Assembly (NCBI GenBank): GCA_951406725.2
Contig: OX597820.1
Span: 115,940,001-116,004,000 of the forward strand
Direction of reading: 5' to 3'
Length of the DNA: 64,000 nucleotides
Source of the DNA: Octopus vulgaris
Taxonomy: Eukaryota
The translations under genes were made by a program, and so were the position numbers. The notes under the pieces are model-generated. The model was given only the letters and a program-made list of their open reading frames with translations. It did not search any database and was not told where the DNA came from. Below are positions 51,438 through 64,000 of the stretch, piece by piece. Each line of letters begins with the position of its first letter. The first letter of the stretch is position 1.

Positions 51438-54301
51438 TATTATACAACTCTTATTTCCTATGAAAATTGATTAATATTTATGATATATTTTCACAGAAAT
51501 TCTTTCTGGAAGAGAATTTATTGCACACTAATTAAATATATATCAACTTTATACGTTAATGCTTTTTAATCCTGTTAAAGCATTTCTAAATTTTAATTAA
51601 TGAGAAATGGAAGTCATAAAATTAATTTTTGTTAATGAATCAGAAGAAGACAGTTGCAATGAGCTTTTCACACTCTTCCAGACTGGTTATATTGATCTGG
51701 ATGATGCCCGGCCTAAATATCTTCAGATCAATGTCAGCAGGAAAATGTGGCTGGAGAGGGAAGCAGAAATCTTGCTTGAAATTCTTGTAGTAGTGATCTT
51801 TGCTAAAGCCATTGAAGAAGTAAGTCCTGATATTCAGCCAATCAGTGTATGAATTATTTGATAAAATATGTTAAGAACAACTCTTTCACATACCTATTGC
51901 ACAAATGTATATCAAAATTAAAATTTTAATCTTCGTTGTCATTTTCATCTGAAGCCCATTTTTCCATACTTGCATGGGGGAAGATTTTCCATCAGTGGAT
52001 GCGCTGCCTGTTGCCAGCACTCTTTTTGGGCAAGGAAATATTTCCCCATGGCCAAAACATATTTTTCATAGAAGACTGGAAACAAGCAACATAATTTGGA
52101 TGATAGTGATGATGATGATGATGTCCATTTAAAACCATCACATGATGTCTAGACAAGGGAACACACCAATACACATACACAGTTACCTTCGCCCAGTTTC
52201 TCATTTCTTTATTGCCCACAAGGGGCTAAACACAGAGGGGCAAACAAGGACAGACAAAGGGATTAAGTCGATTACATCAACCCCAGTGCATAACTGGTAC
52301 TTAATTTATTGACCCCGAAAAGATGAAAAGCAAAGTTGACCTCGGTGGAATTTGAACTCAGAATGTAAAGACAGACGAAATACTGCTAAGCATTTTGCCT
52401 GGCATGCTAACGTTTCTGCCATCTCGCTGCCATATAAATGTTCAAATATTGCAAAATAAATAATAAGTTAAAAGGTATTGGATAATTTTTAGATGGACTC
52501 TGATATTAATCTGAATCTGGGCAGGGCGATGGAATGGCAGAATCGTTAGACCGTCAGAAAAAAATGCTTTGTGGGATTAGTTCCAGCTCGCTACGTTTTG
52601 AGTTCGAAACCCACCTGCTGGCCTTGTGTCTAATTTAGAAATTAATATTATTAGGGCAGTGGATTGGCAGACTCATGGGAGCGTCGGAAAAAAATAATGC
52701 AAGTATTTCATCCAATCCATTATGTGCTGGTTCAAATCCCGCTGAGGTCAGCTTTACTATTGTAATGAAAGATACCACACACACACACATACATACATAC
52801 ATATATACAAACATACATACATACATACGTACATACATATATACATACATACATACACGTACATACGTACGTACATACATATATACATACATGCATGCAT
52901 ACATATACATGCAATACAAGGCAATGGCCTTCTTCCAGTTTCTTATTTCTTTATTGCCCACAAGGGGTTAAACACAGAGGGGACAAACAAGGACAGTCAA
53001 AGGGATTAAGTCGATTCTATCGACCCCAGTGTGTAACTGGTACTTATTTAATCGACCCCAAAAGGGTGAAAGGCAAAGTGGACCTCGGCGGAATTTGAAC
53101 TCAGAACGTAGCAGCAGACGAAATATCGCTAAGCATTTTGCCCGGTGTCCTAACGGTTCTGCCAGCTCGCCGCCTTCTTCCAGTTTCTGCCTACCAAATC
53201 CCCTCACAGTTGTGCATAAATTTGTAGAGGTGAGATAAGTTTTGTTAGTTGTAGAGGAACCACTGAGGAACATTTTATGTAATGTGCCCAGGTCAAGTCT
53301 TTAAGACATTGGAAGATTTACACTCATCAAAACAATATAAAGGAACTCTTGTTAATTTTGGGCAGCTGTTGCTTACAGCAGCAAGTTCTTCTTGACAGCC
53401 AGAAGAAGTCAATCGTTTCAGAGTTGGCTCACTTGCTGCATACACAATGCAGCATTGGTAACCGAACATAAAGCATCACCTTTCAGGTAGTTGCTACAGG
53501 ACGGACTGAGCTCTCTACCATTTTAATCAATGACATTCCTTTATAGCAATCACACAATACCAAGACAAGAAGACAAACACACACACACTTACATAAATAT
53601 ACATACATACACTATATATATATATATATATATATATATTCTTTTACTCTTTTACTCGTTTCAGTCATTTGACTGCGGCCATGCTGGAGCACCACCTTTA
53701 GTCGAGCAAATCGACCCCGGGACTTATTCTTTGTAAGCCTAGTACTTATTCTATCAGTCTCTTTTGCCAAACCACTAAGTGACGGGGACGTAAACACACC
53801 AGCATCGGTTGTCAAGCAATGCTAGGGGGACAAACACAGACACACAAACATATACACACACACTTATATATATATATACATATATACGACAGGCTTCTTT
53901 CAGTTTCCGTCTACCAAATCCATATATATATATTAGAAGGTTGTTTGTTAGGGCCAATCAGAGAGTGACCATGGTTTCACATCTATAAAGTGCTTAGCTG
54001 TATGGGTGACCCATCAGACTGAAATGGCTGGAGGCACATAACCTCTCTCTCTCTCTCTGTATGTATATATATATATATATGAGCTCCTTTCAGTTTTCAT
54101 CTATCTAATCCACTCACAAGGCTTTGGTCTGCTTGGGACTATAGTAGAGGATACTTGCTCAAGGTTCTATGCAGCAGGACTGAGTCCAAAACGACATGAT
54201 TGGGAAGCAAACTTCTCAACCAAAGAGCCATGCCGGCATCTATTAGACACATCTGTGCCTATGTGTGTGTGTGCGTGTGTGTGAATAAACAACTCCAGTG
54301 C

Positions 54302-54557
54302 GGAAGGTGTTTATAAGCCATTTAAGAAACACACAAAAACCGTTAGATTCACTTCAACATTTAAATTTAATTTGCCAAAATATTTTCATTGCTTTGAGAC
54401 CACAACCTGATCACTGACAAAATTATGTGCTAAATCTTGTCAGTGAAATGGTCGCGGTCTGAAAGCGACACAAATATTTTGGCAAATTAAATTTAAGTGT
54501 TGAAGTGAATCTAACGGATTTTGTGTGTTTCTTAAATGGCTTATAAACACCTTCCAC
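54302..54557. repeat. ~125-bp-arm inverted repeat (Penelope-like fold-back)
   Basis: ggaaggtgtttataagccatttaagaaacacacaaaa...cactgacaa mirrored by ttgtcagtg...cttataaacaccttcc. Confidence 0.8.
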
Positions 54558-55860
54558 ACAGCAATTGTTTTCGTTCCAGCACACGATCTCAGATCAGGTC
54601 ACTTGCTATGCAAGTACATCTTCCAATATATATATATATATGTTGCACTGTTGAACTCTGCACATATTTTCTCTCCCCAGTATTTTTCATTCTCTCTCCA
54701 TTTTTTACCTCTGAATCCTTTCTGTTGAAGAGCATCAGCTCAAAGCATAAAAGACTTCTCCATCTTTCCCAAGTGTTAAACTAATGAACCTGCTTGTTGT
54801 TCCTTTTGTCTCTTGTTTTCTGTAAATTTGAACTATATCTATCTATATATCTATCTCTCTATATATATATACATATATATATATGCAAAGACATTTGGCT
54901 TAATGGTTATGACTATTCAGCTCATGATTGTAAGGTTGTGAGTTCAATACCCAGTAGCATGTTGTACCCTTGAGCAAGACACTTAAATTCACATTGCTCC
55001 CACTCCACTCACCTGACAAAAATGAGTTATACCTGCATTTCAAAGGGTCAGCTTTGTCACATTCTGTGTCACACTGAATCCCTCTGAGAACTACGTTAAG
55101 GGTACATGTGTCAGTGGAGTGCTCAGCCACTTGCATGTTAATTACACAAGCAGGCTGTTCCAGTGATTGGATTGATAAGAACATTCCTGACGGAATGCAA
55201 GTCCTACATTGCTACCTCATCCTCATTTAGGCTTCACAGCCCTTCCTGTTTGTTTCCACTGTCCTGTTTGTGTTACCAATTTTGACCCTCTGCAAAATCC
55301 CAAATTTTATTTAATTTGCTTTGCAGGAGTAATTGTCTTATCGAAAGCATATATTGTCGTTAAATGCTTGAAATACAGCCAACAACTGATGAAGGGTCGT
55401 TCTTTATGTTATTTGTCTTGGTTTCCATTTGTGCCTTTTGTTGTTAAAAAAATAGTTCATATTCCATGTACTCGTACTTCATACATTTTGTTGTACATGT
55501 TTCGTGACTTCCTGTGCCCACATATTTATATATCACCGTCACCAACCAAGCTATCAGATGTTGCTACATATCGCTGGTCACAATGCGCTTCGCATTGTTT
55601 TAGCCTTCAAATGACGCCACCCCGCTGGCTAAGCAAGCAGGCCAACAGAAGAAAGAATGAGAGAAAGTTGTGGCGAAAGAGTACAGCAGAGATCGCCACC
55701 ACCCTCTGGCGGAGCCTCATGGAGCTTTAGGTGTTTTCGCTCAATAAATACTCACAATGCCCGGTCTGGAAATCGAAACTGCGATCCTACGACCGCGAAT
55801 CAGCTGCCCTAACCACTGGGCCATTGTGTCTCCACACATATTCATATTATATATATATAT

Positions 55861-56790
55861 ATCATCATCATCATCATCATCATCATCGTTTAACGTCCGC
55901 TTTCTGCGCTAGCACGGGTTGGACGGTTCGACCGGGTCTGGGAAGCCAGGGGCCGCTCCAGGCTCCAGTCTGAATCTGGCAGAGTTTCTACGGCTGGATG
56001 CCCTTCCTAACGCCAACCACTCCGTGAGTGGATTGGGTGCTTTTTACGTGCCACCTGCACAGGGGCCGGAGGGTCCGGCATCGTCACGATCGGTTCAAGC
56101 ATTTTAACGTGTCAGCGGCACGGAGGCAACGAAGTCCAGGGTACTTTGGGGATCGGGGTACTTTGGGGATCCAGGGTACTTTGGGGATCCGGGGTACTTA
56201 GAATGGGTAGGGGGTATGTGGAATTGCTGCAGAAAGCAGCCCGGGTCTTTGTAGTCACAGCATATCTCCAGAGATCTCGGTCCTTCGCCATTGCCTCAGT
56301 GAGGCCCAATGCTCTGAGGTCATGCTTGACCACCTCATCCCATGTCTTCCTGGGTCTACCTCTCCTCCTGATACCTTCAACTGTTTGGGAGTGGCACTTC
56401 TTCACACATCTCTCTTCATCCATCCGCAGCACATGACCATACCATCGCAAGCGTCGCTCTTGCACACCACATCTGATGCTTCTTATATCCAGCATTTCTC
56501 TCAGGATACTTACACTCTGTTTTGCATGCACACTGACACTACACATCCAGCGGATCATGCTAGCTTCATTTCTTTCAAGTCTACGCATGTCTTCTGCAGT
56601 CACAGCCCATGTTTCATTACCGTGAAGCATGGCAGTTCGCACACATGCATCATACAATCTACCTTTTGCTCTGAGGGAGAGACTTTTTGTTGCCAGTAGG
56701 GGTAGGAGCTTTCTGAACTTTGCCCAGGCTATTCGTATTCTAGTGGTGATACTCTCTGTGCATCCACCTCCGCTACTAACTTGGTCTCCC
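55861..56790 (-). mobile_element. 5'-truncated RTE-clade LINE (RT C-terminus, 3' UTR, (GAT)n tail)
   Basis: Open frame [11 protein letters not shown]...[16 protein letters not shown]...[20 protein letters not shown]...[11 protein letters not shown]...[16 protein letters not shown]...DRDLWR is the typical RTE ORF end; flanked by (TA)n on both sides. Confidence 0.92.
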
Positions 56791-56792
56791 AG

Positions 56793-56825
<33 letters not shown>

Positions 56826-57024
56826 CATATATATGTATGTACATATATATATATATGTATGTATGTACATATATATGTATGTACATATATATATATATAT
56901 ATATATGTATGTACATATATATGTATGTACATATATATGTATGTACATATATATGTATATATATATGTATGTACATATATATGTATATACATATGCATAT
57001 ACATATATATATATATGTATATAC

Positions 57025-57055
<31 letters not shown>

Positions 57056-57335
57056 TATATATACACACACACATATTGGTTGTTAGAGCTCTTCTGGATG
57101 GGAGGTTTTGCATTTTAATATTTCGCTTAGGCATTGCAAAGCTAATAAACTAGTGTAGAAGTCAATGTAGATACACTTCAGGATGGAGCGTTAGTCGAGT
57201 ACAGAGCATGGTAATAAAGAAGAGATGACACAGGAATGAATGATTATCTTAGCTTACAACTGTTTCTGCTATAAGATGCAGTGCGCTCATAGGTGAGTGC
57301 TTGAGTTACATTTTATAGTAGACTTCATATTCAAG

Positions 57336-57414
57336 GCTCTGATGAAGCTATAAGGTGTTACTCAAGCACTCAACTATGAGTCTGCTGCATCTTACAGCAG
57401 AAACAGCTGTGAGC
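57336..57414 (+). ncRNA. Hammerhead motif with extended stem II, within an inverted repeat
   Basis: gcu-CUGAUGA-a-gcuauaag...cuuacagc-a-GAAA-cagcug-U-g-agc; the inverted partial copy at 57250-57330 retains the GUA triplet. Confidence 0.55.
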
Positions 57415-57470
57415 TAATGAAGTTCATAAGATAATTGTTTTTTTCCTTTGTTATCTTATTTTCTCTACTC

Positions 57471-57528
<58 letters not shown>

Positions 57529-58209
57529 TTTTACTTGTTTCAGTCATTTGGCTGCGGCCATGCTGGATCAAAAATATAAGATCCAAGTGGACTCCAAAGC
57601 CACTGGTATTAGTTTGTGCTGGCAAGACTTGTATTATTAATAAAATTGACAAGAAGAATGAATACAGTGAACTCACCATGGGGAGTAGAAAATCCAACAT
57701 TTCAGAGTCCTTCTGCTCCACTCCATATATATCATCTTCATCATTTAACGTCCTTTTTCCATGCTGGCATGGGTTAGACGGTTCAACTGGGGTCTGGGAA
57801 GCCAGGAGGCTGCACCAGGCCCCAATCTGATCTGGCAGTGTTTCTACAGCTGGATGCCCTTCCTAACGCCAGCCACTCTGACTATAGTGGGTGCCTTTTA
57901 TGTGCCACCAGCACAAGGGGCCAGAGGAGCTGGCATTGACTACGATCAGATGTTGCTTTTTACATGTCACCGGCATGGAAGCCAGTCAAGGCGGCACTGG
58001 CATCGGCCACGTTCAGATGGTGCTTTTTACGTGCTACCATCACGGGGCTCACAACTACACTTTCCATTTGATTTGATTTTGATATTGCTGATGTTGATGT
58101 ACTTGACTCAATGGGTCTCCTCAAGCACGGTATGTCGCCCTATGATCCAAGGTATTTTGAGTGGGCTGGTTATGCGACACTGATGTAGATTACTGCTGTG
58201 GACTCACTT

Positions 58210-58269
<60 letters not shown>

Positions 58270-59052
58270 AATATATGCTGTGGAGCAATAGTGATGTACA
58301 GCTTTCGCTCCATAAACGATTTGCCAGTTGCCATATCCTCCAATACTCATGCATGCATGAAGGTACTGCAGCTGAGAGGTACCACTGCCCAGGGGCCAAA
58401 CTCGATACCCAAATCAACCTGTTCTTATCACTTCTTTTCCCATACCTTTAAGGGAAACTCATGGCAGACGAAGATGAGTTGGACTTGTCTTTCTTTCTCT
58501 CAGCCATGTACAATTGTCCTGTCTCGCAATTGTGGTTGAGAAATCATGTTTGATCTCTTTATGTATGTAGCCCCCCCCCCCTGCTTCACACTCCAGTTTA
58601 ACCTCAAAATAAGAAAAAAAAACAAAAAAAAAACAAGCATGACAATAGCGATTTTGAGTTTTAGTCACCATGGCTACGACTCTTTTTTATTTATTATATA
58701 TACATAAACATATGTATACAACAAACAACCTCTGCTGTTTTGTGGGGTAATTTATTGAGCATTTATATAAAAGGGCCAAAGGAGTAAAGCCCCTATGGAT
58801 AATCCAGAGAGAGGGATCCTAAAGCAGATATGTCCAGTTATATTTAACCAATCTCTGGCATACTCTGAAGCTCCATGATGCTGTGAATGTATTGACTTGT
58901 TCTTCTTTCATTGTGTATCCCTGGGTGGAGAGGTGCTGTGTGTGTTGGGGGGAGGCTAGGTACTTGTTCCTGGAAACAGCCCAGCTACAGCAGAGGTGGT
59001 CAAGTTACTGTTTCTGTCATACTGTTAGCCAATAATGGAAAAAGATAACCAG

Positions 59053-59085
<33 letters not shown>

Positions 59086-59089
<4 letters not shown>

Positions 59090-59263
59090 GGTCCCGGGTT
59101 GAGTCAGGGTTAACCACAGTAAATAAGGTACTCAATACATAGCAGAGTAAATTAATTTATTTTATAGAAGGAGCTTCTACAGGACTAGAACTGTAAATTA
59201 ATTTACTCTGCTATGTATTGAGTACCTTATTTACTGTGGTTAACCCCGACTCAACCCGGGACC

Positions 59264-59267
<4 letters not shown>
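59086..59267. repeat. Near-perfect ~72-bp-arm inverted repeat inserted in (TA)n
   Basis: tgtaggtcccgggttgagtc...gtaaattaattta mirrored by taaattaatttac...caacccgggacctaca. Confidence 0.9.
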
Positions 59268-59307
<40 letters not shown>

Positions 59308-59992
59308 AATACCCAACAAATGAAGTGAGTTCATGGGTTGCAGGATAGCCTGCTGTGCTAACCTTGGATCGTAGAGTGACCCGCTGTTCTTGAGGAGACC
59401 TATTGAGTCAAGTATGTTAACACCAACATCAAAATAAAAATCAAATGGAAATTGTAGTTAACACACCTGTGCCGGTGACACGTAAAAAGCACCGTCCGAA
59501 CGTGGCAGATGCCAGCGCCGCCTGTCTGGCGTCCGTGTTGGTGACACGTAAAAGCACCAACCGATCATGGCCGTTTGCCAGCCCCCTCAGGCCCCTGTGC
59601 CGATGGCACGTAAAAAAACACCCACTACACTCACGGAGTGGTTAGTGTTAGGAAGGGCATCCAGCTGTAGAAACTCTGTCAAACCACACTGGAGCCTGGT
59701 ACAGCCTCCATGGCGTACCAGACCCCAGTCGAACCGTCCAACCCATGCCAGCATGGAAAACGGATGTTAAACGATGATGAGGATGATGATGACACACACA
59801 TATATTATACATACATACATGGATGCACAATTTACTCGCAAACAACACACACTTCACATGTCTGTGCAATTTTTGTTCAATATTTGTTCAACTAATGCTA
59901 GCAAGAAAAAAACAGACATAAAAACAAGCAAAATATATATTGTGTGCTTATGAATATATATATATTGTCTGTGTACAAATATATATATTATA

Positions 59993-60068
<76 letters not shown>

Positions 60069-60419
60069 ATGTATGTAAAAAGCACTTAATCTTTTTAATG
60101 ATTAATGCTTGTAGCAAATAAGAGCAGGAAGGAGAGAGATTGAGATTTTGTAGATGGGGGGGTGTTAAGTCACTTAAGGTCTTAAAAAAATCAATATTTC
60201 CTCTGGCTTCAGAAAAAGGTGTAAGTTTTAAGTAATATCTCTCGACTAATTAAACTAATATTTGATTAATCCAATTTGAATAAAAGCAACATTGTAATCC
60301 ATTAAAAATTGAGATAGTCAGCTTTTGCTGGTTTAGATTATACAAAATTGGAACCAATACACAACACACACATATACATACCTACTATATTTATAAATAT
60401 TTAAATAGATATATATGTT

Positions 60420-60455
<36 letters not shown>

Positions 60456-60654
60456 ATGTATGTATGTATGTATGTATGTATGTGTGTATGTAAGTGTGTA
60501 TGTATGTGTGTATGTATGTATGGGGGAAAATAAGTTCAAAAGAGAACAATTCAAACTTTTTGAGAGGTCCAAAAAGAGAGAAAGAATGATTTCTAATAGA
60601 GATTCATCATATTCATAAAAAACAGCCAGAGCAAGTAATAAGAATATGAAAATA

Positions 60655-61285
60655 GTAGTTGAAAAATATCGTTATAGGTATAACGATATACCATAAACAA
60701 ATATAGGAAAATGGGGGAGAGACAGATGTTGAATCAAACTTAGATTTAATCCTATTTTGTATAATACCTGTTTCTTTATTACCCACAAGGGGCTAAACAT
60801 AGAGGGGACAAACAAGGACTGACAAACGGATTAAGTCGATTACATCGATCCCAGTGCATAACTGGTACTTAATTTATTGACCCCGAAAGGATGAAAGGCT
60901 AAGTAGATCTCGGCGGAATTTGAACTCAGAACGTAATGGCAGACGAAATATCTATTTCTTTACTACCCACAAGGGGCTAAACATAGAGGGGACAAACAAG
61001 GACTGACAAATGGATTAAGTCGATTACATCAACCATAGTGTGTAACTGGTACTTAATTTATCGACCCCGTAAGTATGAAAGGCAAAGTCGACCTCGGTGG
61101 AATTTGAACTCAGAACGTAACGGTAGACGAAATATGGCCACGCATTTCGCCCGGTGTGCTAACGTTTCTGCCAGCTCACCGCCTTATTTTGTATAATACC
61201 TATTTTTGATTCAACATCTTTTTCTCCTCCATTTTTCTATACTTGTTTATGGTATATTTATACCTATAATGATATTTTTCAACTA
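60655..61285. repeat. Older inverted repeat whose loop received the SINE dimer
   Basis: agttgaaaaatatcgttataggtata...gatgttgaatcaaa versus tttgattcaacatc...tatacctataatgatatttttcaact. Confidence 0.7.
60770..61184 (-). mobile_element. Tandem dimer of SINE family A with a 17-bp target-site duplication
   Basis: Same dimer structure; tattttgtataatacct flanks both ends (~60753 and ~61185). Confidence 0.85.
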
Positions 61286-61561
61286 TATATATATGCACAC
61301 ATACATACATATATGAATACATATAGGCATAGAAGTGGCTGTGTGGTAAGTCGCTTGCTTACCAACCACATGGTTCCGGTTTCAGTCTCACTGCGTGGCA
61401 CCATGGGCAAGTGTCTTCTACTATATCCTGCGGCCGACCGTGTACATATATATATATTGATAGAAATGGTAAGACAACAAAAGAAAGAAAGAGACCTCGA
61501 TATTATGTAAATAGAGGAATTTATCTGTAAATGTAATATGTGACAATTATTCTGTAGCCAT

Positions 61562-61622
61562 GATAAAACTCTGAGTTTCGGATGCCGAGGTGGAAATCCA
61601 CGCCCCCATCTCTTCAGTTATC
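61562..61622 (-). ncRNA. Minimal type I hammerhead ribozyme motif
   Basis: gauaa-CUGAAGA-gaug...cauc-c-GAAA-cuc-a-gag-UU-uuauc; inverted decayed copy at 61921-61981(+). Confidence 0.7.
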
Positions 61623-64000
61623 TGGCACCTTATGGTGCGCGTGTGTGTGTGCGGGTTTGTATGTATATACATATACATTTGGTGAAGGATGAGAGTGAGG
61701 ATGTGTACGTTTTCAAGTGAGGGTGGATGAATGTATACTTTTAGGTGCATGCATATGCACATGTGTAGGTATGAACAGGCACGCTTACACGAATACTATG
61801 AACTTTTTACCCCCTTACTTAGCGGTCATTCAAATAGCTCTTTTGTCTTAATAACGGTCAACCACACAATAATTTCCCTTTGTATAACGGTCATTTTTCA
61901 TAGCATGTTTCCGATGACCGGATAACTGAAGAGAAGGCGGCGTGGATTTCCACCTCAGCATCCAAAAGTCGGAGTTTTATCATGGCTACTGAATAATTGT
62001 CACATATTACATTTCCAGATATGTATATATACAACGAGCTTCTTTCAGTTTCCGTCTACCAAATCCACTCACAAGGCTTTGGTCAGTCTGAGGCTATAGT
62101 AGAAGACACTTGCCCACGGTGGGACTGAACCTGGAACCATGTGGTTGTTAAGCAAGCTACTTACATGGAAGGTGGTGGTGAAGCATGATCTTCAAACTCT
62201 GAGCCTCACAGGGGCAATGACTTGTGACCAAGACCTTTCGTGATATGCTGTGCTTGAGAAAAACCATCAAGCCAAGCGAAACCGTAGTCGTGCTGGTGTC
62301 GCATAACTGGCACATAAAGAGCCCCTTACAAGCATTGGGCCTCATGGAGGTAATGACCAAGACCTTTGGTCTTGACAAGAAGACCCATCAAGCTGAACAA
62401 AATCAGTTGTGTCACGCAAACGGCACCCGAGCTGGTGGCATGTAAAAGCACTCATTATACTCTCAGAGTGGTTGGCATTAGGAAGGGCATCCAGCCCTAG
62501 AAACTATGCTAAATCAGATTGGAGTCTGATGCAGCCTTCCAGCTTTCCAGTCCTGGCCAAACCATCTAATCCATGCCAGCATGGACAACAGACATTAAAT
62601 GATGATGATGATATATGACAGGCTTCTTTCAGTTTCTGTCTACTAAATCCACTTATGAATTTGACCAACCTGGGGCTATAGAAGACAACACTTGACCAAG
62701 GTATCAAACCCTGTGACTGAACTCAGAACCAAGCTTCTCAACCATACAGCAACATCATCATCATCATTATCATCGTTTAATGCCTGTTGTCCATGCTAGC
62801 ATAGGTTCCACCAGGCTCCAGTCTGATCTGTCAGTGTTTCTACAGCTGGATGCCCTTCCTAAAGCCAACCACTCCATGAGTGCTTTTTATGTGCCACCGG
62901 TACAGGGGCCAGAGGAGGCTAGCAACGTCCACTATTCGTTGGTGCTCTTTATGTGCCACCGGCATAGACGCCAGTGAAGGCGGCGCTGGTATCGGCCACA
63001 TTCGAATGGTGTTTTTTACGTGCCACCAGCATGGGTATCACAACTACAATTTCCATTTGATTTTTATTTTGATGTTGACATACTTGACTCAATAGGTCTC
63101 CTCAAGCACAGCAGGCCACCCTACGATCCAAGATAAGCACAGCAGGCCGTCCTATGAGCCATGAACTCACTTCATTTGTCGGGTCCTCGCAGTCACAGCA
63201 TATCTCCAGAGGTCTCGGTCGTTCGTCATTGCCTCTGTGAGTAGCACATCTGCACTCATTAACTTTGGTGTACTACATCAAATATGGTAGCATCCTCTTT
63301 ACTATACACAATTACTTACAGCACGCATTGATTTCTTACTCTGTTTCAGAGCCTGAGACTTATGATACGTGATGATTGATTATGCTTTTCTCAAAGACAT
63401 TAACTACACTCGCGGAGTGGTTGGCGTTAGGAAGGGCATCCAGCTGTAGAAACTCTGCCAGATCAGACTGGAGCCTGGTGCAGCCCCTGGCTTCCCAGAC
63501 CCCGGTCGAACCGTCCAACCCGTGCTAGCGCGGAAAACGGACGTTAAACGATGATGATGATGATGATTAACAATATACAGGTGAAGCTAAGTAAACAGGT
63601 CTTCCCAAAATCTGTGCCTGTCACAAGCCAACAGGTTCATCACAGCCAAGAATATAAGAGTCTGCACATGAATGGAATGCTGGTCCATCACAGGGTGAAC
63701 TCCTGGTTGTTGCTGATTGTCGATTTCTTCTGAGTGGACTGCAGCATGAGGAAATGAAGTGGCTTACTCAACAATACAATGCACCACCCAGTCTGGGTAT
63801 TTGTGACACTGTCAGTTGAGAGTTTGCTCTGGCACCCGGTCACCACTATCTCTATCTCCCTTCCAGTTACCATCACCTATTCTTATATAATGTGGGGTAG
63901 CCATACATAGAGAAGATGCTTATCCTTCTATCAACAAGGTTCAGACCAAAATCCATGACATTCATAATGATTGGTCAATTCCAAATTGTTCCAATGTTAT

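Noticed and set aside
56791-57134. N-terminal half of the 340-aa ORF
   Set aside because: TA/TACA microsatellite happens to be in frame with the truncated RTE ORF; not a real fusion protein

Overview
AT-rich, repeat-dense eukaryotic DNA. The repeat set (tRNA-derived SINEs with Nin-, CORE- and V-like central domains, RTE LINE 3' ends with (GAT)n tails, abundant TA/CA microsatellites) points to an octopus (coleoid cephalopod) genome; this is inferred, not verified. Almost all ORF-track entries are microsatellite or SINE artefacts. One real spliced gene is visible on the + strand. Three phase-consistent GT-AG exons (36677-36812, 39029-39165, 41950-42029) plus a candidate first coding exon (25115-25145) give a 127-aa protein with a signal peptide, six cysteines and a GPI-type hydrophobic tail. 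Its C-x8-C-x7-C core resembles vertebrate neuritin/CPG15 and the RGM N-terminal domain. A ~6 kb SINE-poor probable 3' UTR follows it. A second theme is a set of fold-back, Penelope-like elements carrying minimal hammerhead-ribozyme motifs, one of them fused to a tRNA-derived Pol III head. Also present: decayed mariner and Tc1 copies, nested TTAA (piggyBac-type) MITEs, a MITE with telomeric repeats, a Dong/R4-like fragment in (TAA)n, and a 33-bp double-palindrome minisatellite. Repeat coordinates are approximate (+/-10-20 nt); exon coordinates were counted exactly.
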